Part shown: positions 28,343 to 37,420 of the stretch, in pieces
Layout of the letters: every line of letters starts with the position of its first letter
Position numbering within the stretch: the first letter of the stretch is position 1
Notes under the pieces: generated by a model
What the model was told of the DNA's origin: nothing
What the model saw: only the letters and a program-made list of their open reading frames with translations
Database searches by the model: none
IMG/VR virus record: IMGVR_UViG_3300033486_000001
Coordinates: 1-64,000 of that record
DNA length: 64,000 nucleotides
Source of the DNA: a virus
Lineage: Duplodnaviria > Caudoviricetes
Strand: one strand, 5' to 3'
Made by a program: the position numbers and the translations under genes

Positions 28343-28851
28343 TAGCTCTTCACCGCGGCGGGAGCGTTGCAATACACCGCCTCAACGCGAAGCTTGTCCT
28401 TGTTCTGGAGCTCCATCTCGAAGCCCGCCGACTGTCCGAGCAACCCGGCGAGAAGAGTCTGCTCCATCTGCTTGGCCGGCAATGTAACGGGCTGCTGCGT
28501 CTTGAGTTGACCGTCCGCGCTGAACTGGTTGACAACCAACAGACTCTCGACCGTGATGGCGGGGTCGACAACCAGCGAGCCCTCGGCCAGAGCCGCCTCA
28601 ATGGCCGCCTTCTGAGCCTTGGCGCGCTCCTCTTGCTGACGAGCCTGATGCGCGCCAATGGCCTGCTGAATGGCCTCCATACCGACCGTCTCGACGATGG
28701 CCGCAAGGAGCTGGTCGATCTGGTCGACGCGCTGAGTGAGCCCCTGCTCCTCCTTCGTTCCGAACAGGCTCGTCTCGATACGAGTGAGACGGGTCATTGC
28801 ATCTGCAGCGCGCTTCGCATTTACTCGATTATCATTGCTAGGAATTACCAT
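28342..28851 (-). CDS. Putative GreA/GreB-like protein lacking the acidic catalytic tip
   Basis: ARQQE-x9-IEAALAEGSLVVD and LAGLLGQ...LRVEAVY match GreA AREQQ-x9-IEAKLSNAQVID and ARGLIGK...EVIKVEY. Confidence 0.45.
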   Translation of the reverse strand: MVIPSNDNRVNAKRAADAMTRLTRIETSLFGTKEEQGLTQRVDQIDQLLAAIVETVGMEAIQQAIGAHQARQQEERAKAQKAAIEAALAEGSLVVDPAITVESLLVVNQFSADGQLKTQQPVTLPAKQMEQTLLAGLLGQSAGFEMELQNKDKLRVEAVYCNAPAAVKS

Positions 28852-28875
28852 TTTTGTTCTCCTTGGGGACTTCTA

Positions 28876-29727
28876 CTACGCGTTCTTTACCGCTGCATCC
28901 ATCATTCGTGAGCTTGCTTCAGCCATTCTCGACGCCGTCATCTGAGAGGTCATTTCGATTTGACGAATTGATGTCGGGAATGGAATCGGCTGAATTGAAC
29001 CCGTCGGTCGAGCCTGCTGGGTGAGGTCGACTACAACTTCCTTCTCGACTGTCTTGCCAGTGGACTGATCGACCATTGGCGCCATGACGGTTTTGGTAAC
29101 TCGCTTGATTCCACCTACTTGTTCCGTCTTCACGGGCGTCGGTGTTGGAGTTGGGGTCGGTGCCGGGGTTTGTGGGGCTGGCGTTGATGCCGACTGGACA
29201 ACAGACTTGGCGGACACCTTACGTAGCGCCGGCTTGGCTGGAACGTTCGCCTTCTTGAGTGTAGGGGCTACGGGCTCTGGAGTCGGCTCGGCTAGCGAGG
29301 GCTTCTTGGTGACCTTAGCCGCAATCGCCTTCAACGCACCAAACACCGCCGGGGCTGCCAGAGCCTTAAGTGCGGTAATTTCGGCCGGAGTAAACATGCC
29401 GTCAGTGTCAGTGTTTTCGACTCCAACAAGCTTAGACATGCGAGTTCTGACAAAATCTCGGATCTCTTTGTCGACTACAGCCGCCGCGGGGCCAGTGGAG
29501 TCGCTGAAGAAGGAGTCCATAGACAACACCAACCGGTAATACTGAGCGAGTTCAAGGCGAAATTCCACTTCCGCCATGGCTTGCTCATCGGTAGTTTCTG
29601 TTGTGTCAACTGCCGTCGGCTCGCTACGAGAAACTACGCGGACGTTCGGTCGCGGTCGGGGTGGAGCGGCCGATACATCCGGCGCGCTGTCGTTGTCGAG
29701 GTCTTCTAGATCAAAATCGATTGACAA
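28876..29727 (-). CDS. Hypothetical protein with a Pro/Thr-rich linker
   Basis: SD AGGAG plus TTG; 283 aa. Confidence 0.7.
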   Translation of the reverse strand: MSIDFDLEDLDNDSAPDVSAAPPRPRPNVRVVSRSEPTAVDTTETTDEQAMAEVEFRLELAQYYRLVLSMDSFFSDSTGPAAAVVDKEIRDFVRTRMSKLVGVENTDTDGMFTPAEITALKALAAPAVFGALKAIAAKVTKKPSLAEPTPEPVAPTLKKANVPAKPALRKVSAKSVVQSASTPAPQTPAPTPTPTPTPVKTEQVGGIKRVTKTVMAPMVDQSTGKTVEKEVVVDLTQQARPTGSIQPIPFPTSIRQIEMTSQMTASRMAEASSRMMDAAVKNA

Positions 29728-29736
29728 TTGGTTCTC

Positions 29737-29898
29737 CTAGATTTGAAATTCCAGTATACACGGTTTTACGGTGGTGTCAAGCGACTTTTGTGTTGGACGG
29801 CAAATCATCTCCGCCAAAATAACCGCGGCGACGTGCTCGGGCGACGACAATCGAGTTTTCTCGGCCGCCATATACGCCTTCAGCCACGGACTGATCAT
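29737..29898 (-). CDS. 53-aa hypothetical protein
   Basis: SD GGAGG before ATG 29898. Confidence 0.5.
   Translation of the reverse strand: MISPWLKAYMAAEKTRLSSPEHVAAVILAEMICRPTQKSLDTTVKPCILEFQI
29753..29780 (-). promoter_or_regulatory. sigma70-type promoter TTGACA-N16-TATACT
   Basis: Near-consensus hexamers pointing at gene 29727. Confidence 0.65.
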
Positions 29899-29976
29899 CG
29901 TACACCTCCAAAAAGTAAACGCCCCGAGTTGTCTGGTTCGTGGCGACACCGTGCTGCGCTCGTTAGAGCGGACAAA

Positions 29977-30067
29977 ACACCACATCGCGACCGGAGGTTG
30001 GCTGCCTATACAAGAAACAGCCAGGTGTGAACACGTAGAAGGTGTCGACCCGGTCGCGATGTGGTGT
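29977..30067. repeat. Perfect 18-bp inverted repeat enclosing 55 nt; structured RNA candidate
   Basis: ACACCACATCGCGACCGG (29977-29994) / CCGGTCGCGATGTGGTGT (30050-30067). Confidence 0.9.
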
Positions 30068-30072
30068 GAAAT

Positions 30073-30669
30073 TTAAACTCCAGTCGAACCGAGGCCGTTA
30101 GTACCACGGTCAGTTTCAGCTACTTCGGTAACTTCCACGCATTCCATCAACGATACTGGGGCGATTACGAGCTGAGCAATCCGATCGCCCGCCTTGATGT
30201 CCACCGTCCCGGGGCCGTGATTGATGAGAATCACCTTGACGTTGCCTGTGTAGGCTGTGTCGATGGTGCCGGGAGAATTCAGCACGGTCACGCCCTTCTT
30301 GGCCGCCAGGCCGCTACGGGGGCGGACTTGCCCCTCGTATCCAGCCGGGAGTTCCAGCTGGATGCCCGTATCATACGCGTGAAACGCGCCTGGCGCAAGC
30401 GACAAGGTCTCGACCGAGACCAAATCGAGACCGGAATCGGTGGGGTGCGCTCGAGTAGGCTGAACTGCTGCCGGGTGAACCTTCTTGAATTTCAACGTAG
30501 CCCAATAGTGGCTGACGGCCGATACACCGGTCGTGCGCGGAATTTCTCCGCCACACGGAGGGGCGGCGACAAACACTGTACTCGAATCACCAGTCGTGGT
30601 CGTGTTGCATGGTAATTCGACGCAGGGATTGTATGTCACGGCGATCTGCTGGATGGTGGAATCGGACAT
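30073..30669 (-). CDS. dut: dUTPase (trimeric) with an N-terminal extension
   Basis: SGLDL, RPRSGLAAK, GTIDTAYTG, GDRIAQLV, RGTNGLGSTG; SD AAGGAG before ATG 30669. Confidence 0.92.
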   Translation of the reverse strand: MSDSTIQQIAVTYNPCVELPCNTTTTGDSSTVFVAAPPCGGEIPRTTGVSAVSHYWATLKFKKVHPAAVQPTRAHPTDSGLDLVSVETLSLAPGAFHAYDTGIQLELPAGYEGQVRPRSGLAAKKGVTVLNSPGTIDTAYTGNVKVILINHGPGTVDIKAGDRIAQLVIAPVSLMECVEVTEVAETDRGTNGLGSTGV

Positions 30670-30696
30670 TCGTAATTCTCCTTGTTTGGTTCCACC

Positions 30697-30706
30697 ATTG
30701 TACCAC
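30697..30706 (-). promoter_or_regulatory. Extended -10 GTGGTACAAT upstream of dUTPase
   Basis: Member of the repeated motif family. Confidence 0.55.
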
Positions 30707-30709
30707 GGA

Positions 30710-32575
30710 TTATTTGATGGGGCAAGCGCCACCGGCGCATTCGCTGTCACCCAACTCGTCTCCGGCTCCGATCCCGTCGACTTTAATAGGCTTCACCTTC
30801 GGAGCCAGCTTCTCGAACATTTCCTTGGAGATCGCCTCTTTGGGTGCCTGCTTAAATCCGTGGTCTGAATGGCAAAGAAAGCTGATAGTCTTGATGTACT
30901 TAAGATTTTCTCCAAGCCAAGCCTTGAGTTGGTTGAGTTCTTCCTTCTTGTAGTACACAGTAACCGAAATACTCTGGTCGGCCCAGTGTTTTTGTGCCAT
31001 CTTGAGTACGTCCAACTGCTTCCAGGTGTCCCACCCCTCGTCCGCCACCGGGGCGCCATCCGGAGCTTGCTCGTAAAAATCAACAACGACTGTGTTGTGA
31101 TCGAAAGTTCCATCGAAACGTACGACAGGTTCAATGTGGTGGCCGGCAGCGGCGAGAAGGGGGATCATCGGGTCTGTAGCCGAAAAGCGGATGCGTTGAA
31201 TGTAATAACGACTCCAAGCGGCATGGATCCCTTCATATCCCTTCATATCATACATCTTTGACACCGTTCCACTTGGCTTGATAGTGGTTGTCCGGACGCT
31301 CTTGGGGATGCCTAATTCCTTACTGTACGAGACGTTCTCGTCTTGAATAGCTCTGTAAGCTACATCAAGGATCTCTGGAGAGAATAACGGACTTTGGAGA
31401 CATCCTGTGATCCCAGTTCCAACCCGTCGATTCCTCTTGACGACTTCGTCACTCTTCTCGAGATGGTACGGAGCCATTGTCACACGCTTACCCCATCGGT
31501 GCATCAACCTCGACGCCTCAACGAATTCATCGACACCTGTAAGTCGGGGTAGGGCGATGTCTTGGAGATTGCACGGTTCTCCGTCTTCAAGACAAGCTTC
31601 CGCGCAGGGGTTGGTACCAACCGCAGTGTCGGGTTGTAAATCACCCATGCGCGCGAACTTTTGAATGTTGGCGCGGTTGACGATGCCGAATGGCTCCCCG
31701 TTTTCATACGTCTTCCAAAAGAGCGGGTGCACATCCTCGATATCGTCGGCCACGACCGACAAATTCGCCATAGCGCGTTGGGTCGGGATGGGGCCGAGAT
31801 CCCAACGCTTGGCTTTGAGGTACTCCTTATCCCAACAATCCCCAAGAACCAAAATGGCGCTGCGCCGCACGTTGCCGGCCACAACCATCTCACCGATGCA
31901 GCAAATGATGTCCATGGCATCTACTGGACGTACAGTCTTACCTTCACGTCGGCCCAACAAAGCGCACAACTTCTCAACCAAGGCGATCAAGGGCAGTGGG
32001 CCGCTCGCCGTGCCGCCAAATCCGTTGATCTTTTCCCCGTACCCACGAATACATACCGTACTGTAATCGAAACTGCGACCTGTAACAAAAAAGGACTCAA
32101 GTACGCGGCGGAGTAATTCACACCAACCCTCTCGACTATCCGGCACGATGAATGAGGCGTCCTTGGTCGCCTTGTGTCGGATTACCACCCCCTTCTTGAC
32201 GCGCGGTAGTTTAGACACGTATTTGTGCTCGACCGACAGCCCGACACCGCCACCCAACATGAGCAAGTCCTGGGCGTCTACAAAGTTCATCCAATTGTCG
32301 GCGCACTGAAACCAACAATTCGTCAGGGCAGCTCCACCGACCACATCTTGGGCCTTGGCGCCGCTGAACCACCATCCGCGGCCAGCTGGCCCAGCCTTGC
32401 GCTCACTCAAGAAATAACGCAAACGCTGAATCTCTTGGTCGGACACATTGAGTCCTCGTACGTTCCCGGCGATAACCCGCTCTACCGTTTGCGACCAATT
32501 CTCCACCATCCCGTTGTCGTTACGAGCGTATGTACGCTTGTAGACTACACTAGCTAGGTTGCTCATCGAGTTCAT
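30710..32575 (-). CDS. nrdJ: Class II (B12-dependent) ribonucleotide reductase
   Basis: YKRTYAR, TNCWF, LGGGVG, PDSREGW, GFGGTASGP, AGNVRRSA, GTNPCAE, TIKPSGT, C-terminal Cys pair ECAGGACPIK. Confidence 0.9.
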   Translation of the reverse strand: MNSMSNLASVVYKRTYARNDNGMVENWSQTVERVIAGNVRGLNVSDQEIQRLRYFLSERKAGPAGRGWWFSGAKAQDVVGGAALTNCWFQCADNWMNFVDAQDLLMLGGGVGLSVEHKYVSKLPRVKKGVVIRHKATKDASFIVPDSREGWCELLRRVLESFFVTGRSFDYSTVCIRGYGEKINGFGGTASGPLPLIALVEKLCALLGRREGKTVRPVDAMDIICCIGEMVVAGNVRRSAILVLGDCWDKEYLKAKRWDLGPIPTQRAMANLSVVADDIEDVHPLFWKTYENGEPFGIVNRANIQKFARMGDLQPDTAVGTNPCAEACLEDGEPCNLQDIALPRLTGVDEFVEASRLMHRWGKRVTMAPYHLEKSDEVVKRNRRVGTGITGCLQSPLFSPEILDVAYRAIQDENVSYSKELGIPKSVRTTTIKPSGTVSKMYDMKGYEGIHAAWSRYYIQRIRFSATDPMIPLLAAAGHHIEPVVRFDGTFDHNTVVVDFYEQAPDGAPVADEGWDTWKQLDVLKMAQKHWADQSISVTVYYKKEELNQLKAWLGENLKYIKTISFLCHSDHGFKQAPKEAISKEMFEKLAPKVKPIKVDGIGAGDELGDSECAGGACPIK

Positions 32576-32598
32576 GATTTCTCCGTGCGAATGTCCTT

Positions 32599-32608
32599 AG
32601 TATACCAC
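32599..32608 (-). promoter_or_regulatory. Extended -10 GTGGTATACT upstream of RNR
   Basis: Repeated motif in an intergenic gap. Confidence 0.6.
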
Positions 32609-32618
32609 CGGACGTTCG

Positions 32619-33314
32619 CTAGTTTTTGGTCTTTTTGGGTTTGTCAAACACGTCTTTGTTCGTCAGAACGTGGCAGCCCAGCAAAAACGCTTGCACTTGG
32701 CAATGTGCATCGGCGATGTCGTCATCGCCCTTCTTAAAATCGGCGTCCCAAGTGAGATTACAATACGCCACGGCGATGCTCTTTTTGTCGATTTTGCCGT
32801 GGATGCACTTCTTGCGAAGCACTACCATGTGCGCATCCAGCTTAGCTTTGGCTTCTTTCTTGGAAGCGGCATCGCGTGCGGACTTCAATTCAGCCTTGAG
32901 GCGTTTTTGCTCCAAAAGGAGCAACTTGGATTGCTTCCGAGTCGTAGCCACGGACAAATCCAAAGTCTTGCGCCAATCCGACGTGTTGATGTAGTGGATT
33001 TTGACGGGGAATTTCAAGAGATTCTTGACTACGGTGTAGTGAATCATGTCGAGAATCTTCTGCGAGTGCCGACTGCCAAACCTGCTGGAGGTTTTGTTGA
33101 TTTCCTCGATGACTACGTCGGTTACATCGGGGTTTTTGGTGAGCAGCTCGGCTACTTGCTCACCGACATCGTCGGCGACCATAATGAAATTATGTGGATA
33201 TTCCGCGACATCCCACCCGATTCGCTTCGCAATGAGACCAGAAGACGTAGGGCGTCCATCAGTGAAGATGGCCCATCCAGTGGAGGTGCTGAGGTCGAGT
33301 CCAAGGATTGACAT
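32619..33314 (-). CDS. RuvC-like Holliday junction resolvase
   Basis: ILGLDLSTSTGWAIF, VVIEE, INTSDWRK, DDDIADA; start reassigned to 33314. Confidence 0.8.
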   Translation of the reverse strand: MSILGLDLSTSTGWAIFTDGRPTSSGLIAKRIGWDVAEYPHNFIMVADDVGEQVAELLTKNPDVTDVVIEEINKTSSRFGSRHSQKILDMIHYTVVKNLLKFPVKIHYINTSDWRKTLDLSVATTRKQSKLLLLEQKRLKAELKSARDAASKKEAKAKLDAHMVVLRKKCIHGKIDKKSIAVAYCNLTWDADFKKGDDDIADAHCQVQAFLLGCHVLTNKDVFDKPKKTKN

Positions 33315-33319
33315 GAGTG

Positions 33320-33898
33320 TTAGATTCCGGCGGACAGACCGGACAGAATTTTTCGGAGGTGAGCTATAAGAATCTCTTTGAGGCTCGCTACGACTAGTTC
33401 GGCTGTGGAATATTGCTCGAAGTACATGTTGAGTATCTGGATGTTGTTGACTGCGGCGATACGTAAGGCCTGCCCAGTGCCACCAGTCGGCCTGCCACCG
33501 GCCGTCCAACAAACCACCGCCTGAACCGGAGATTGTAGGTCCAGACCGAGAACCTGTGCGCTGTTGCGCGCCATAAGCTTCCGAGCGCCGTCCTTTAGAC
33601 GGTCCCACGTCGGATGGAACTGTCTAGCGTGCGCCATTAGTTCCGTCCAATTGTTGGGGACCACAAGTTGGCCTCCCAGTCTATTGGCCTGCTCTTCAAA
33701 GGAAGACCACGGGAGGTATGCCGTACAACATTGCGCGGCTCCACACTCGAAAGCTTGGTCTGCACCCGGAGCGTGTCCGGAACGGATTTGTATTTTGTTG
33801 GCCGCGCACCACTGGCCGATTTTTACCATCTCGGCCAAGATAGAGCCGGGTGTTTCTCTACTGCCGATGCCGGCGATTGCGAGTTGAGAGTCAAGCAT
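33320..33898 (-). CDS. SLOG-superfamily (DprA/YspA-like) protein
   Basis: IAGIGSRETP, RSGHAPGADQAFE, GGTGQALRIA. Confidence 0.75.
   Translation of the reverse strand: MLDSQLAIAGIGSRETPGSILAEMVKIGQWCAANKIQIRSGHAPGADQAFECGAAQCCTAYLPWSSFEEQANRLGGQLVVPNNWTELMAHARQFHPTWDRLKDGARKLMARNSAQVLGLDLQSPVQAVVCWTAGGRPTGGTGQALRIAAVNNIQILNMYFEQYSTAELVVASLKEILIAHLRKILSGLSAGI
33321..33326 (-). promoter_or_regulatory. Candidate late promoter AATCTA, 6 nt before the RuvC-like ATG
   Basis: Same spacing as AATCTT-N6-ATG at three + strand late genes. Confidence 0.5.
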
Positions 33899-33907
33899 GG
33901 TGACGCC

Positions 33908-33917
33908 ATTATACCAC
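33908..33917 (-). promoter_or_regulatory. Extended -10 GTGGTATAAT, 9 nt before ATG 33898
   Basis: Repeated motif. Confidence 0.6.
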
Positions 33918-33936
33918 GCCCGACTCCCCTCCGAGA

Positions 33937-34308
33937 TTATTTCTCGGAGAGTTGCTCTCGTAGCGACTTGATTCGCTTGTCACAGTTCGGACTTGTAGCC
34001 AGTCCTATTCCATCAATCAACACCCGACGAAGTGTACGAACTGTGTCGGTTCGAACAACTTCCATCGCCACGCCACTGACGCAAGGGGTGAGATCTAACA
34101 AATCTTCCACTTTTGTCCGCGAGTCGAGCTCGAGTTCGGCAAATACTGAATCTCCGATCCGAGATAGTGTGGCAACCCCTACGCGTCTGTCAACCTTAAA
34201 GTCCAGTGTGACCGGAACTCTCCCTTTCTTCAGTTCGAGTCCCGTCGGATCAAATACCTCGCCAGAGGAGTCAGTTGTCCCATCGACTATTAGTACTAGA
34301 GCTTTCAT
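33937..34308 (-). CDS. Hypothetical protein, possibly a degenerate HK97-type prohead protease fold
   Basis: DSSGEVFDP...VPVTLDF...VG.A...VFAELEL...GIGLATSP pattern. Confidence 0.4.
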   Translation of the reverse strand: MKALVLIVDGTTDSSGEVFDPTGLELKKGRVPVTLDFKVDRRVGVATLSRIGDSVFAELELDSRTKVEDLLDLTPCVSGVAMEVVRTDTVRTLRRVLIDGIGLATSPNCDKRIKSLREQLSEK

Positions 34309-34354
34309 TTTTCACCTTATGGGTACTATTTTGTAGTTACTTCTACTACAACGA

Positions 34355-34621
34355 CTACGCCTTGCCGCGAGACTCAAGGACCGAGTACGCGTAACTAATG
34401 CGCAATCGGTTGGCCTTCGTCGCATCGGCGTATTGCTCCCCCGCCTGCTTCGCGATTTCCTTCTTCTCTGCAAGATCCATGTCGGCCTTCATGGCGGCGC
34501 GGTTCTCGTGCTCATTGATGGCGACTTCGGAGATCTTCTTTTTCACATCCTCATCGCTCATACCTTCGACGAGTTCCTTAAACTCGGGATCCAGATCTTC
34601 AAACGGGTTCTTCTTGGCCAT
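34355..34621 (-). CDS. Small coiled-coil hypothetical protein
   Basis: SD AAGGAG; helical and charged. Confidence 0.7.
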   Translation of the reverse strand: MAKKNPFEDLDPEFKELVEGMSDEDVKKKISEVAINEHENRAAMKADMDLAEKKEIAKQAGEQYADATKANRLRISYAYSVLESRGKA

Positions 34622-34802
34622 TATTGTTCTCCTTGGTGGTTGCTACTAGTGTTGCATACAACTTGTCAATTTTTGTGTGCGCCTCTTCTATCGTATCTGC
34701 GGTCACCGTCAGTGACAATCCATCCGTAGGTGGCACAATACCCCGACGAACAAGACTGAACGTTTGGACGGTGACGGAGACTTTCTTAGAGTTCTCGGAC
34801 AT
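34599..34802 (-). CDS. Hypothetical protein
   Basis: Tiling ORF; start reassigned to 34802. Confidence 0.5.
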   Translation of the reverse strand: MSENSKKVSVTVQTFSLVRRGIVPPTDGLSLTVTADTIEEAHTKIDKLYATLVATTKENNNGQEEPV

Positions 34803-35001
34803 TGATCTTGAGGGCCTCGGGGAAACGGCTATGCGCGAACCGCCGAGCATCGGCAAGCGACGGGGTCGACAACGTCATGGACACGATAGTGGGGGTAACT
34901 CCATCGCCACAACAAGGAATGTCCAGAACGAGCATCTTATCGGTGCAACGACAATAGTCCGGCAAGTAAATCCCAACAGCAAAACGCTTCTTATCGGTCA
35001 T
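34786..35001 (-). CDS. Hypothetical protein
   Basis: ATGA-coupled to the SbcC stop. Confidence 0.5.
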   Translation of the reverse strand: MTDKKRFAVGIYLPDYCRCTDKMLVLDIPCCGDGVTPTIVSMTLSTPSLADARRFAHSRFPEALKINVREL

Positions 35002-36920
35002 TTGATTCTCGACTTTCCGTCTACGTATTCAACTTCGATGATTTGGTTAAACGCCTCTACAACCTCTGAAGTGTGGTCTACCACAAGTACTAGTCGATTA
35101 CAAGCGTACTCTTTAAGCACTTCGAGTGCAGCCTCTTTCGTGGCTATTCCCTGACCATTCCAACACTCATCCAGACACAACCACCCGGGCACCACCCCAC
35201 TCCTACGCTGGATTACTGCACCTACCGCCAAGTCTACCACACCATCCAAAGAAGTGAACTGCCCGCCCGACAGCGTCTTGAGTTTGGCTTCCTTGCCGTC
35301 GACAAATACGGTAGTCAGAATGGCTTTGTTGACAACACCCTTTTGCGTTATAGTCTCGGTGGAAAAATGTACGGTCAAGTGAGATACGTTCGCCAGCCGG
35401 CCCAGTCGTTCATTGGCCTCGGCTTCGATCTCGGAGAGGACTTCTTCGAAAATAGCCCCCAGAAACCCTCGTGGACCCATGGCCGCGACGAAGTCTAGTT
35501 CGGCCGCCAGTTCCACCCGAATTCGATTCAACTCGGTCTGGCGGGCTTGTAGGCGGTTCTGGTTTTGAGTCAAGGTGTCAGTAAATTGCTTACGCGACAC
35601 TTCAATCCTAGCGTTGGACTGCTGGACGGACTTGATTTGGAATTCGATGCCGTTGATTTGCGACAACACTTCGGACTTTTGCTGCTTCAACGTCAAGACC
35701 TTTTCTTGTGCTTCCGTAACAGCCCCAGCGGCGGACTCCAAAGCTTTTTCGTGAATACGTCGATCCATCATCGAGATATTGTCCGAGAACTGGCGGATGA
35801 GAGGGTTTTCTGTGAAAATTTTGCGGAGTTCCTCTTCAAGAAGCGACTTCGACTTACAGATCTCTCCTGCAGCCGCAACACGCTTCTCAAGCTCTGCAAT
35901 AGCTTGCTCGAGTTGCGTTGCGTATGCTTGCGACTGATCCCACGGACGCTGACAGGTAACACATGTACCTTGACGAGCATGTTCTAGTTGTGCGCGATTC
36001 TGGGCGATTTGAGCTAGGTCGTGGTTCTTCTGTGCTTCTGCCCTGACTACTACTTGCAGTTCTTGTCGAAGTTTCTCTTGCTTTTTTGAGAATTCACGAC
36101 GAAGCTGCGCGTCCTCTTGACTCAACCGTTCACGATGAGACTGCGCGGCACGCAACAAATCGCGCATTTTGGTGAGTTCCGGATTCTGACTCGCTAGATC
36201 CTTAAGGCGTTCCGCAGTAGCCCAGGCATCCTGAACCCTTGAATCTAGGTCGTCTGCCACCAACCGAAGGGCCTCAGGCGAGGCTGGGATTTCTTGCGGT
36301 TGCGGCAGCCCCTTGAGCTGCTCCGCTAGCATCGCCACGGCGCCGGTCAGCTCCTTGCATCCAGCCTCTTCTGCGGCTATGGTCTGAGTCAATCGCTTTG
36401 CGGTTACTTCAGCCGACTCCACGGCTCGTTCAATGTCCGTCAGACCTAGAATACTCGACAAGAATTCCTTCTTGCCTGCGTCGGCCAGTGACAAGAACAC
36501 GCCGCGTGAATCTTGCGGGCGGTATGTGAGAGTCTGAAGGGTCTCTGTATCCAGACCGACGACTCGTCGAAGGTTCTCTGAAATCACTTTCGCGCCGGTG
36601 TAGTTTTTACCGGCAATGACGATCGAGTTCTTCTTGCCGCGATGAATGACGACTTCACCTTCATCCGTGTCTAGGGCGAGTGTAACCTGAAGTGGCTCTT
36701 CCGTGTTCCAAGACTGCAAGTCCGTAGCCGACAGCGGGCACATGTCCAGAGCGTAACTGATAGCCAACAACAAAGTCGACTTTCCAGCGCCGCTAGAGTC
36801 GTGGGTAACAGGATTACTTCCGCGAAGGAGGACAAGTCCAGACTCCGGAAAGTCCACTCGAGTCTCGTCGACGAACGATCGGAAGCTTTTGAGCTGGAGC
36901 CATTTTAGCTTGAGTGCCAT
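34998..36920 (-). CDS. SbcC/Rad50/gp46-like SMC ATPase
   Basis: LKSFRSF, SSGAGKST, Zn-hook CVTC, LSGGQ, LCLDE, VVDH. Confidence 0.9.
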   Translation of the reverse strand: MALKLKWLQLKSFRSFVDETRVDFPESGLVLLRGSNPVTHDSSGAGKSTLLLAISYALDMCPLSATDLQSWNTEEPLQVTLALDTDEGEVVIHRGKKNSIVIAGKNYTGAKVISENLRRVVGLDTETLQTLTYRPQDSRGVFLSLADAGKKEFLSSILGLTDIERAVESAEVTAKRLTQTIAAEEAGCKELTGAVAMLAEQLKGLPQPQEIPASPEALRLVADDLDSRVQDAWATAERLKDLASQNPELTKMRDLLRAAQSHRERLSQEDAQLRREFSKKQEKLRQELQVVVRAEAQKNHDLAQIAQNRAQLEHARQGTCVTCQRPWDQSQAYATQLEQAIAELEKRVAAAGEICKSKSLLEEELRKIFTENPLIRQFSDNISMMDRRIHEKALESAAGAVTEAQEKVLTLKQQKSEVLSQINGIEFQIKSVQQSNARIEVSRKQFTDTLTQNQNRLQARQTELNRIRVELAAELDFVAAMGPRGFLGAIFEEVLSEIEAEANERLGRLANVSHLTVHFSTETITQKGVVNKAILTTVFVDGKEAKLKTLSGGQFTSLDGVVDLAVGAVIQRRSGVVPGWLCLDECWNGQGIATKEAALEVLKEYACNRLVLVVDHTSEVVEAFNQIIEVEYVDGKSRIK

Positions 36921-37127
36921 TTAGATCTTTCCAGCGTGGTGTGCAAAAGCACATCGGCGAACCCACCACCTATCCAACGATATCGAACCCTCTACGCATT
37001 TGGTGGGATGGTCCATTTCCCACAAGTAGTATCCAGAGTCAAGCTGAATCACCCGATACCCATCGGGAAGTGGCTTGCACCGCGGCGGGAATTCGACAAT
37101 CAGGTTGCCGTGTAGGTTTGTCGCCAT
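36921..37127 (-). CDS. Hypothetical protein
   Basis: Tiles exactly between neighbours. Confidence 0.55.
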   Translation of the reverse strand: MATNLHGNLIVEFPPRCKPLPDGYRVIQLDSGYYLWEMDHPTKCVEGSISLDRWWVRRCAFAHHAGKI

Positions 37128-37128
37128 T

Positions 37129-37353
37129 TTACTTGACCACCTTGCGTTCCGCCAGCATTTCTTGAATGCCGCTAAGTTGTTCTACCTTCCGGATCAACAA
37201 TCCATTGTCTCGGACTTCTATCACACGTGCGGTCGTTTGGCTAGTGAATTTCTGACTGCCACCGCACTCACACTTCGCCAACTTAGGGCGTTGCGACAGC
37301 AGCGCCCGTTGGATCTTGTGACACTTCTTGCATTCCCAGTTATAGACGGGCAT
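37129..37353 (-). CDS. FmdB-like zinc-ribbon protein
   Basis: MPVYNWECKKC...CECGG. Confidence 0.7.
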   Translation of the reverse strand: MPVYNWECKKCHKIQRALLSQRPKLAKCECGGSQKFTSQTTARVIEVRDNGLLIRKVEQLSGIQEMLAERKVVK

Positions 37354-37420
37354 TTATTTGCTCCACAAGCGTTAAGTGGGAGGAGATCAATAAGGAAACC
37401 CTCCTTCCACTTCGTTCTGC

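Noticed and set aside
29977-30067. Retron msr-msd, tRNA or cobalamin riboswitch
   Set aside because: No reverse transcriptase nearby, no cloverleaf or T-loop, no recognisable B12-box, and the element is downstream of RNR rather than upstream
29771-30076. + strand 101-aa ORF and the many other opposite-strand or alternate-frame ORFs
   Set aside because: They shadow better-supported genes or structured DNA and have no motifs or RBS
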